From an uncultured Desulfospira sp. (GTDB lineage: Bacteria > Desulfobacterota > Desulfobacteria > Desulfobacterales > Desulfobacteraceae), in the NCBI GenBank assembly GCA_963663165.1, contig OY760175.1, positions 1,248,001-1,312,000 on the forward strand: a DNA stretch of 64,000 nucleotides, given 5' to 3'. The notes under the pieces were generated by a model, which saw nothing but the letters and a program-made list of their open reading frames with translations, was not told the origin of the DNA and searched no databases. Of the stretch, positions 10,126 to 18,800 are shown piece after piece; position 1 is the first letter of the stretch; each line of letters begins with the position of its first letter. The translations under genes and the position numbers were made by a program.

Positions 10126-10202
10126 AATCGGGCTCTCTTGGCCTCCGGGAAAGCCCTTATTTACCATGAAACGTTGTCCATGAATTATCGTGATTGCTCT
10201 CA

Positions 10203-10469
10203 ATGGATCCCAACGCCATATGGGCGGTGGTCAAACGATGTGCAGACCTGGCCGGGATCAGAAAGAACGTCTCCACCCACACGTTCCGGCACACCTGTGC
10301 CACCCACATGCTTAAAAACGGTGCCCCGGTCCGGCATATCCAGGAGATGCTGGGCCATGAATCGTTGGAATCCACGCAAGTTTACACCCGGGTGACCATC
10401 AACGACCTAAAGGAGATCCACGCCAAATACCATCCGGGAGAGAAAAAAGGGAACACCTCCACGCATTGA
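10203..10469 (+). pseudogene. Duplicated 3' fragment of the tyrosine recombinase
   Basis: Same translation as 5591-5857. Confidence 0.9.
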
Positions 10470-10527
10470 CATTGCCAGACTTATGGGTAAATATGGGTAA
10501 ATTTATGGATATTTAAAAGGATGGCCA

Positions 10528-11577
10528 ATGTTGAATCCTAGGATAAAAATCACACCCGAAATCTTAAACCTCATTGCCAAAATAGACGAGTTCAAAGGGG
10601 AATGGAAAGCCATCGGGAACCTGGCTCCTGATCGCCTCAATGCCCTTAAGCATGTGGCAACCATAGAATCCATAGGGTCTTCCACGCGGATCGAAGGGGT
10701 TAAACTGAGTGATCAGGAGATCGAGTTGCTGTTATCCGGCCTGGACAAAAAGTCTTTTGGCTCCAGGGATGAACAGGAGGTGGCCGGATATGCTGATGTA
10801 ATGAACACCGTGTTTGAATCCTACGGGCAGATCCCGTTTACTGAAAACTATATCAGGCAACTGCACAAGATGCTGCTCCAATACAGCTCAAAGGATACAC
10901 GGCACCGGGGGGAGTATAAAAAGATGACCAATCATGTGGAGGCGTTTGACCATGACGGGAAAAGCCTGGATGTCATCTTTGAAACATCCTCGCCCTTTGA
11001 TACACCCAGAGACATGGAAGAGCTGCTGGCATGGACCAGTAAGCAGTTAAAAGAAAAAGAGCTTCATCCCCTGTTAACCATATCTGTATTTATCGTTCAT
11101 TTTTTGGCCATCCACCCGTTCCAGGACGGCAACGGAAGGCTATCAAGAGTGCTGACAGCCCTGCTGCTGTTGAAAGAGGGATATCTGTACGTTCCCTACA
11201 GTTCCCTGGAAAGTGTGCTTGAAAAAAACAAGGACAACTATTACCTGGCCTTGAGACGGACCCAGGGTTCGTTTAAATCTGAAGAACCGGACTACACTCC
11301 CTGGCTTACCTTCTTCCTGGACGCCCTTGACGCACAAAAGGAAATGCTGGCCCGGAAGATCGAAAGGGAGAACGTTTTTACGAAACTGCCCAAGCTATCC
11401 CGGCAGATCATTGAACTGGTGAAGGATCATGGAGAGCTGTCCATATCAGAGATCGAATCCATCACAGGAGCCAACCGAAACACCATAAAGAAAAAGCTGG
11501 CAGAACTTGTGCGGGACAACCACCTGACCAGGCAGGGCCAGGGTAAAGGGACCCGGTATGTTCCTGGTATAAAATAG
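10528..11577 (+). CDS. Fic-family protein with C-terminal HTH
   Basis: HPFQDGNGRLSR catalytic motif; SSTRIEG inhibitory motif. Confidence 0.92.
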   Translation: MLNPRIKITPEILNLIAKIDEFKGEWKAIGNLAPDRLNALKHVATIESIGSSTRIEGVKLSDQEIELLLSGLDKKSFGSRDEQEVAGYADVMNTVFESYGQIPFTENYIRQLHKMLLQYSSKDTRHRGEYKKMTNHVEAFDHDGKSLDVIFETSSPFDTPRDMEELLAWTSKQLKEKELHPLLTISVFIVHFLAIHPFQDGNGRLSRVLTALLLLKEGYLYVPYSSLESVLEKNKDNYYLALRRTQGSFKSEEPDYTPWLTFFLDALDAQKEMLARKIERENVFTKLPKLSRQIIELVKDHGELSISEIESITGANRNTIKKKLAELVRDNHLTRQGQGKGTRYVPGIK

Positions 11578-11881
11578 CGGATCGTCTCCGGTGCTCGGGC
11601 TCCACCCCTTAGGGGGTTCCGCTGCCTGCGCCCGGAGCCGGCCTTATTATATGCCCGCCCAACCACCCTTTAAATGCGGATGGCTGCGCCGCCTTATTTT
11701 ATATCCCCACCCGCCCGGCGAAAGTGCTGTTCCGGCGCTACGGGCACGCCGGTCGCTCCAACATTGCGTAAAGTCGTTACGTTCGGCGTGTCTGATAAGG
11801 CTGCCTTATCAGACACGGCCGGTCCGTCACAGGTCTTGCAAACTGCCGCAAGACCTGCGCCGGACCGCCTTCCCTCTCTCC

Positions 11882-11909
11882 ACTACACATAACAAACATT
11901 ATGTCTACT
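11882..11909 (+). other. dif-like tyrosine-recombinase site
   Basis: ACTACACATAA-CAAACA-TTATGTCTACT has the 11-6-11 layout and CATAA/TTATGT inner arms of E. coli dif. Confidence 0.6.
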
Positions 11910-12291
11910 TTACGCAATGTTCCGCTTCCTTTGCGCCCTTCGCTGCCTCCACAGCCCTTCCGCTCCCCCTTAAAAAAGGAAGAAGATCCATTTTATATGC
12001 CGGCTGCCGCCGGCAGGCTTCTGCGGTTAAAGAAAAAAAACAGGATAAGCTTGAATATCGGGAAGATATATCATACTACTTCAAATAGCTCTTTTACATG
12101 TTGGAGGCTTTACCAGGAGGGCATTGTGCCATAACCGGACGGTGGGATATCCTTTTCTTTAAAATACCCTCAAATTTGGGTGAAGGGCATTTGAAAGAAA
12201 AGAATATCTTGTGGAATGGGACGATTTAGGTATGGCCGGACAGCTCCGGCACAAAAAACAGCTCTCTAAGAGGGGGAGGTGCATCGCAATA

Positions 12292-12819
12292 CTTCCGGGA
12301 CAATATTGGGATGGGGAGACGGGGCTGCATTATAATTTCCATCGGCATTACGATCCTCATACAGGACGATATCTCGCTGTTGATCCAATTGGCTTATTTG
12401 ACAATGGAGACTTGTTAATAAACCTATTTTTATTCAAAACGAATTCGAAAAAAACTACTTTAATTGGCAACCCTAACCATCAGTATTGTTATGTACGGAG
12501 CAATCCGATCAACATGTTTGATATGTATGGATTGGAGGAAATATTACCCAAAGATTGTAAAGAGGCAAAATGCATAGAAAACTGCGTAAGAGGATGTGGA
12601 GAAAAAGCTACTAAATGCATGATGGGTGCGGTATGGCCATACGGATTCCCAACATGTGAATTGGTATGTGTTGGCTTATCTCTTGGCAAAGGGATTCTGC
12701 CCTGCACTATAATGTGTGGAATATATACAGGTTACATTGTACTTGATTGCGCTTTGGAAGAACAAAGCTGTGTTCAAAGTTGTGAAACAGAATGTTCTGA
12801 CAAAAAACCCGCTACTTAA
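12292..12819 (+). pseudogene. Orphan Rhs core tail plus Cys-rich C-terminal toxin domain
   Basis: PGQYWDGETGLHYNFHRHYDPHTGRYLAVDPIG...NPINMFDMYGL, then a 13-Cys domain; no convincing start. Confidence 0.85.
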
Positions 12820-12853
12820 TAATAAATATTATATTTGGAAGATATAAAAGAAA

Positions 12854-13171
12854 ATGAAAAAATTAATTGTTCGGGTTTTAGGTGCATGTATTTGTTTATT
12901 GTGTGGAATTTATTTTAAAATATCGTTTGAAAGCGTAATAACGAAGTGGGAACATAATGTTCTGAATGTTTGGCCTATAACAACATGGTGTGTTTTTTTA
13001 TTCGGGAACCTCTTATATTTTATTTTTTTTGTTATATCTTTAAGGATGCTTATTTGGGGGAAAATGCCTTCTCTAATTGTAAAAGCTGTATTAGATTTTC
13101 AGAAAATTTGGTTTGTACAATACTTAATTCGATGGACTGAAAAGATCGGGCGTTGGGTCACGCGGTTTTAA
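12854..13171 (+). CDS. Putative membrane immunity protein
   Basis: 105 aa, AT-rich, two hydrophobic segments, directly after the Rhs CT. Confidence 0.65.
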   Translation: MKKLIVRVLGACICLLCGIYFKISFESVITKWEHNVLNVWPITTWCVFLFGNLLYFIFFVISLRMLIWGKMPSLIVKAVLDFQKIWFVQYLIRWTEKIGRWVTRF

Positions 13172-13178
13172 ATTCAGT

Positions 13179-13440
13179 TGACCGGGGACCGGGGGACGGG
13201 CCAAGAAATGCAATGTAACCAATTGATAATAAATGATTTTAATTTTTGAAACACTGGTTTGGGTCTATTATTAGGGCGATAATTGGGGTCCGATAATTGG
13301 ATAATTGGGATAATTGGGGTGACCGGGGGTCGGGCCGCAGCAACCGATTGTAATATAAGAAAAAGAACCAAAATCACACCCCCAAAAACGGCCTTAATCG
13401 CCTCTTTTGGTCTAATGGGGTCAGGCTTGACATTTGGACT
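13179..13440 (+). repeat. GGGGTC/GGGGAC junction cluster with stutter repeats
   Basis: GACCGGGGACCGGGGGACGGGCC; 13292-13320 is identical (29 bp) to 3212-3240; GGGGTCGGGCC; GGGGTCAGGCTTGACA. Confidence 0.7.
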
Positions 13441-13462
13441 TTCTATTCCCCAAAGCAAATTG

Positions 13463-13675
13463 CTATGCCACAGCCATAAGCTTATCTGTCCGGTCTCCTA
13501 GTGTTTTAATGATTTCCTGGATAGCGTCTACTTCCTGTTCATCAAAATAGACCTCTGCGCATTGTTGACACACCCAGGCCGGCACTTTTTCCAAAGTTAA
13601 GTGGTAGCCCTTTTGATCAATATGAAAAGGTGCCGTGCTTTTGATCATTGTTCCCTGGCAATGCATACACTTCAT
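13463..13675 (-). CDS. YgiT/MqsA-type zinc-finger protein (putative antitoxin)
   Basis: MKCMHCQG...VPAWVCQQCAEVYF. Confidence 0.85.
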   Translation of the reverse strand: MKCMHCQGTMIKSTAPFHIDQKGYHLTLEKVPAWVCQQCAEVYFDEQEVDAIQEIIKTLGDRTDKLMAVA

Positions 13676-13989
13676 GGTTTTTTCCTTGTTTTAAAATCGT
13701 TCTCCCACTCCTGTTCGTCGGGCAGGTAAGCGGTTATAATGGCAAGATAGTCCGGTTTGGGAGAACAAACAACATGGATCGCCCGATCAGGGCAGCCCAG
13801 GACAAGGCAACTGTGGCCCCGGACATCTTCCGGATAATCTTCTATGACCTCACCGTTTTCGATCACGTAACGGATATCCCTGGTGCTTATCATCCTGTCC
13901 GGCCTTGACATCTGGCGTACAGCATGGGGAAGAAACAGTATTTGTTTTTCCGCACTTTTCTGTATGCGGTTCAATATGTCATGTTCCAT
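13672..13989 (-). CDS. DUF4258 protein (putative toxin)
   Basis: HAVRQM...GEVIEDYPEDVRGHSCL...IHVVC...IITAYLPD. Confidence 0.85.
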   Translation of the reverse strand: MEHDILNRIQKSAEKQILFLPHAVRQMSRPDRMISTRDIRYVIENGEVIEDYPEDVRGHSCLVLGCPDRAIHVVCSPKPDYLAIITAYLPDEQEWENDFKTRKKP

Positions 13990-13994
13990 AAATG

Positions 13995-14141
13995 CTACAG
14001 GCCTGTTTGGGACGCCAAACGCTGGAAACGGTGTTTAATAATAAATGTATTTAATACCTCTTTTATCGTGGTTCGGTCCTCTTCGGTCAGGTTGTCTATC
14101 TCCTTGATGGTCTGCATCAACGCCCTGTCAGCTAATACCAT
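13995..14141 (-). CDS. 48-aa mini-protein resembling the C-terminus of the Xre repressors, without HTH
   Basis: MVLADRALMQTIKEIDNLTEEDRTTIKEVLNTFIIKHRFQRLASQTGL*; GGAG RBS; similar to the end of 15186-15605. Confidence 0.6.
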   Translation of the reverse strand: MVLADRALMQTIKEIDNLTEEDRTTIKEVLNTFIIKHRFQRLASQTGL

Positions 14142-14234
14142 AGTCACTCCATTGTTTTATTACAATCAGGCTATTTTTGATCATATTTTTTAGTGTGCCT
14201 TTATTTTTCAAGTTGGGCAAGTTTTTTTCAAACA

Positions 14235-14557
14235 AGGCCAGTGAAGACAATGCCTTCCAGATTTACCAGGGGGATCTGCCCCCCTTGGAAGCGCCCGCAG
14301 GCCTTGCCGGAGTCAGTATGCCGGCAGGAAAGATCAGCCTTACATGGAATGCCGTGGATTCTGCCGCAGGATATGTGGTGTACCGGATGGCTCCCGGGCA
14401 AGTTCAACTTTCCCCTTTAACCACCCTTGACACCACACAATATACAGACCAGCCGGATCAGGAAGGCACATACACCTATGCGGTGGCAAGTCTGCGCAGT
14501 GTAAACGGCCAGGAAGCCGAAAGCGGCCAAAGTGCGTCTATTGAAGTTGAGTCATGA
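14235..14557 (+). pseudogene. Fibronectin type III fragment of a large surface/Rhs protein
   Basis: LEAPAGL...ISLTWNAVDSAAGYVVYR...YTYAVAS; no plausible start; ends at a GTCGGGCC junction. Confidence 0.7.
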
Positions 14558-14732
14558 GTCGGGCCATGAGCAAGCAAATGAGTCGGGGTCGGACCAAGCA
14601 AAATGATTTATAATCAATCAGTTAGCCTTAAAAACATCCCCTTTTGGGGGCCTATATTGATGTTTTTGAGGGCAAAAAAGGCGTTTTAAGAAACCAACCA
14701 AGGTCAAGCTTGACAGCTAAACAAGAGTTCAG

Positions 14733-14981
14733 CTAATAATGATATCTACAAGCCAATATCCTGATTTTTTCATCAAAGACCTGGTAGACCAGCCGGTGTT
14801 CCCGGTCAATCCGTCGTGACCAGCATCCAGACAGTTCATGTTTGAGGGGTTCGGGCTTGCCCGTCCCCTCAAACGGTTGGCGTTGGACTTCCTTGATGAG
14901 TTTAACGATTTTTTGGGCCTTCTTTCTGTCCTTTTCGATCCACCAGGCAAGGTCCTCAAATCCGTTGGCATCAAACTCCAA
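14733..14981 (-). CDS. Txe/YoeB-family toxin
   Basis: PFEGTGKPEPLKHELSGCWSRRIDREHRLVY...ACRYHY. Confidence 0.92.
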   Translation of the reverse strand: MEFDANGFEDLAWWIEKDRKKAQKIVKLIKEVQRQPFEGTGKPEPLKHELSGCWSRRIDREHRLVYQVFDEKIRILACRYHY

Positions 14982-15174
14982 GATCCTGGCAGGCTTTATC
15001 AAAAGGTATTCCTTCCGTGCGGTTTTTAGCATCAAGCAGCCGTTTTTTCATCGCGGCACTTTTGAGCAGATAGGCGGTCTCTTTTTCCGCCTCAATTTCC
15101 TTCCACAGATTAATGGGCACTATAACGCCCGTGATATTGTTTCTATCGTCAGAAATATATTGAATCTGGTTCAT
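14971..15174 (-). CDS. Antitoxin partner of YoeB (YefM/Phd-like C-terminus)
   Basis: ETAYLLKSAAMKKRL; overlaps the toxin start. Confidence 0.75.
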   Translation of the reverse strand: MNQIQYISDDRNNITGVIVPINLWKEIEAEKETAYLLKSAAMKKRLLDAKNRTEGIPFDKACQDLGV

Positions 15175-15185
15175 TGTTACGTCCT

Positions 15186-15605
15186 TTAACTGTGTGCCAG
15201 TTCTTCAAACTTGTGGCGTTTTATAAACGAATCAAGGACACAGATAAGGGTGTCCTGGTATTCGGCAGGCAGTTTTTCTATATCTTCGATTCGTTCGATA
15301 AGTTGTGCATTTTTCATTTTTTCTGCACCGGTATTCCGTCCTATCACCAGATAATCCAGGCTGACATCAAGTGCTTCGGCAATTCTAACCAGCGTGGGAA
15401 TGGGAGGAGATGACACCCCTCTTTCATATTTAGAAATCTTTTGCAGATCAATGCCCGCCTTTTGGGCTAACTTACCCTGGGACCAGTCTTTATTTTTTCT
15501 TAACCGCTTCAATATGATTGGAAAAGAAAAGGGACTTTTATTTTTTATTGTATCCACAAGACAACCTCCTTTCTTAATCATAGGGCTTTGAATTCTTGAA
15601 ATCAA
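15186..15605 (-). CDS. Xre-family HTH regulator
   Basis: LKRLRKNKDWSQGKLAQKAGIDLQKISKYERG...LDVSLDYL. Confidence 0.88.
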   Translation of the reverse strand: MISRIQSPMIKKGGCLVDTIKNKSPFSFPIILKRLRKNKDWSQGKLAQKAGIDLQKISKYERGVSSPPIPTLVRIAEALDVSLDYLVIGRNTGAEKMKNAQLIERIEDIEKLPAEYQDTLICVLDSFIKRHKFEELAHS

Positions 15606-15846
15606 ATCAATTTTTTCTTAACTTTGCCATATTAAGACACTAATTATCAAATAATGCTATAGTTTTTTCTAAAAATGAGCTTGAGAAAAGAGAGTCCATC
15701 AATCAGACTTTGCCAAAATAACCGGTTAACGGTCAGACAAATCACAAAGGGCAAGCCCGTTCGGAACCGTTTTCTTTTACATTCATATCTCCGGACATAA
15801 GTTCAATCAAATCAGCGACGATGCCCCTGATACCGGCTGGGGAGAA

Positions 15847-18800
15847 TTGCCCATCCGTATCCAAACCACGGACACAGGCCCGGTGGTAACCAGTGAGCCC
15901 AACCGCATAGAAACCGGCCTTTCCCTGGACCAAAGCATTACAGAAACCCTCACCCTCAAGAACATGGGGTTCGCCCCCCTGGTTGATCCTGCCGTGTCCC
16001 TGGTAAACCGTGACGGCACCCCGGCCCCGGGCTGGGTGTTGCTGAACCTGCCGTCGGACATTGATGCCGTTGAGGTCGGGGAAAGCGTGGATGCCACGCT
16101 GTTGTTTTCTCCCCCCCCCCAGGGGGCGGTATCAGAAGGCGATTATTATTTTTATATCCAGTTGGAAGGCGCCAATTATGCGGCCGTAAACATCCCTGTT
16201 CATGCAGCGGTCACCAGTTCGGGCACGGGCCATATCCTGTTCAAGGTATCGGACATCTACACCGGCACCATTGATGAAAAAACCGGCAAGATGATCCAGG
16301 GGCTGTCCGGAGCCGCGTTGACCCTGCAAAACGAGAATGCCGCAAGCATCACCTACAGCGGCGGTACGGACCAATACGGGGAACTGCTCTTATCCGACAT
16401 CCCCGCAGGCCGGTACAAGTACATCCTGAAAGCGGACGACCATGAGCAATCCATCGGCCGGGTCTGGATCAAGCCGGGCATTACGGCCACCCAGGATGTT
16501 TTTTTAAACAACACCCTGGTGACCGTGGAGTGGTCAGTGGTTGAAACCGGTATTCAGGACCAGTATGAGATCGTATTAAAGGCCACCTATGAGACCAATG
16601 TCCCGGCACCGGTGGTGGTGGCCGATCCCCTGTCCGTCTCCCTTGCGGGCATGTCACCCGGCGATGTCCTGTCCGGAGAAATCCGGTTCACCAATTATGG
16701 GCTGATCCGGGCGGACAATATTGAATTTGCGGCCCCTTCGTCTGACCAATATTTTAAATACGAGTTTTTAGACATCCCTGCCACCATAGAAGCCAAAGAA
16801 TCTGTCAATGTGGCTTATCGTGTAACCTGCCTTTCCAGCCTGACCGGTGAAGATGAGGGCAACGGTGGGGAAACCGGCGGCTATTCGAAATCGGGTAAAA
16901 TGAGTTACTCTGCCAAATGTTACTCCGGGTCTATATCAGTTAATTTCAATGTCCCGGGAACCGGCAGCGGTGGTGACTGGACAATGCCTTGGGGATCGGC
17001 GAGCAGCACAGGCTTTGGCCGTTCCAGCGAAATTCCCGAAGGGGTGAAATGCTGGCCGGGTTTTGACCGTGAAGAACCATCATTTTTTAACGCTGCAAAA
17101 TCAAATCAAGTCCAATGCGTTTTGTCTTCAGTGAATATGCTGCATCGGGAATATAATCGCCACAAAACCGACATCCGGGTCAAGGTGCCCGGCGGGACGA
17201 TAAGTTTTGAACGGCGGTATTACGACAACCAGTGGCACCTGGATTATCTGGATGATAATTTAACCTTTCAAAGCACAGGATCGGACTTAATTATTAAAAA
17301 CGATGTTAAATACAAACCTGTCGCCAACGACAGCCGTATTTTTATCCATAAAAATTATAAAATCATCACTACCGACACCGGGTATACCTGGAAGGCACCC
17401 CATGGCGACTGGAAAAAATTTGACCCGGACGGCCGCATGATGTCTTACGGTGACCGGAACGGCCTGGTGGCCCAACTCATTTACGAAGATGGAGAAAATG
17501 GACGCCTTACAGGCATAGCCGATAAAAACATGCGCCAAATATTCTGGTTTGAATACGACGGGGAAGGAAACCTGGCAGCCGTAGAAGACTTTGAGAGGCG
17601 TCGGATTGAATACTCTCATGGGAATGGCCTGCTTACGGACGTCCAGGATTTACAGGGGAATACAACCAGCTATGAATACGACGATGAGAACCGGATTATA
17701 AAGACAACTACGCCAGACGGGCATTATTCCACAGTGGTATACGACGAATACGACAATGTGACTCAATCCCTGGATGAAAATAACCAGGGGTACGGTTTTG
17801 AGTATGTCTATAGTGAATCCACAAGGCTGTCTTATGCCATGGTCACTTCTCCTGCAGGGCAGGTCAAGGAGGCCTGTTATGACCTGGACGGGTACACCCG
17901 CAGGGTTGACATAAACGGGCGTACAGTCAAGACCATTGATGTATCACTAAGAACCTTTGCCGTGACCGATGAGAACGGCAATGTAACCATAGAAGAGTAT
18001 GATGAATGGGGAAATTTAACCCGGATGAGCTACCCGGACGGCAGTGAAGTAACCTACGAATACGAACGGACCTATAACCAACCGGTCCGCAAGGTAAATG
18101 AAAACGGGGTGGTAAGCTTTTTTGAATATGACGACAACGGCAACCTGACCCAAAAGACGGAAGCAGCCGGAACCGATGATGAACGGATAACCCAACACAC
18201 CTATGATGAAGACGGCAATACCCTGACCATCACCATTTTGGCGGATGCCGATACAAGTGTCTCTCAAACCGTGATGACCTATGATGACAACGGCAACCTT
18301 GAAACCCTTACCGACCCGGCAGGCGGAATTACCCGGTTCACCGATTATGACATTACAGGCAGGCTCCTTACAAAAATCGACGCCAGGGGCAAAACCTGGG
18401 GCTATACCTACGACAACAAGGGCAATCTTAAAACCGCCACCGATCCTTTGGGCAACACCACTGAATATGAATACGATAAAGCCGGCAATCGAACCCGAAT
18501 GGTGGATGCCCTGGGCCGCCAGACCCTGTTCGAATATGATCTCCACGGCAACCTTGTCCTGCAAACCGACCACGAGGGCAACGAAACCCGGTTTGAATAT
18601 GATGCCGGCAATAACCTGATCCGGAAAACCGATGCCCAGGGCTCCACCACCCAAAGTACCTATGACACCGAAGGCCGCATGGTCAGCACGGTTGACGGCC
18701 ATGGGGATGAGACCGCTTTCGAATACAATGATACAGATACCGGCTGCTCGTCCTGCAACGGTTCCCGGGGCCTGCCCTCCAGGATCATCTATCCCACGTT

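Larger units (their letters stand above)
5997..10202 (+). mobile_element. 4206-bp TG...CA transposon (Zn-finger/HTH, rve DDE transposase, ExeA-like ATPase, small ORF, RepB-type primase)
   Basis: Ends TGAGAATGGTCACAGAAAATCATGGAAAA and revcomp TGAGAGCAATCACGATAATTCATGGACAA; 5-bp TSD ATGGA at 5992-5996 and 10203-10207; inserted in duplication copy 2. Confidence 0.9.

Noticed and set aside
11591..12134. ORFs of 165, 72 and 77 aa after fic
   Set aside because: Low-complexity translations over a hairpin-rich region; better explained as non-coding
12850..15600. Classical integron cassette array
   Set aside because: No attC (RYYYAAC...GTTRRRY) pattern was seen, and the recombinase lacks an evident IntI-specific insertion
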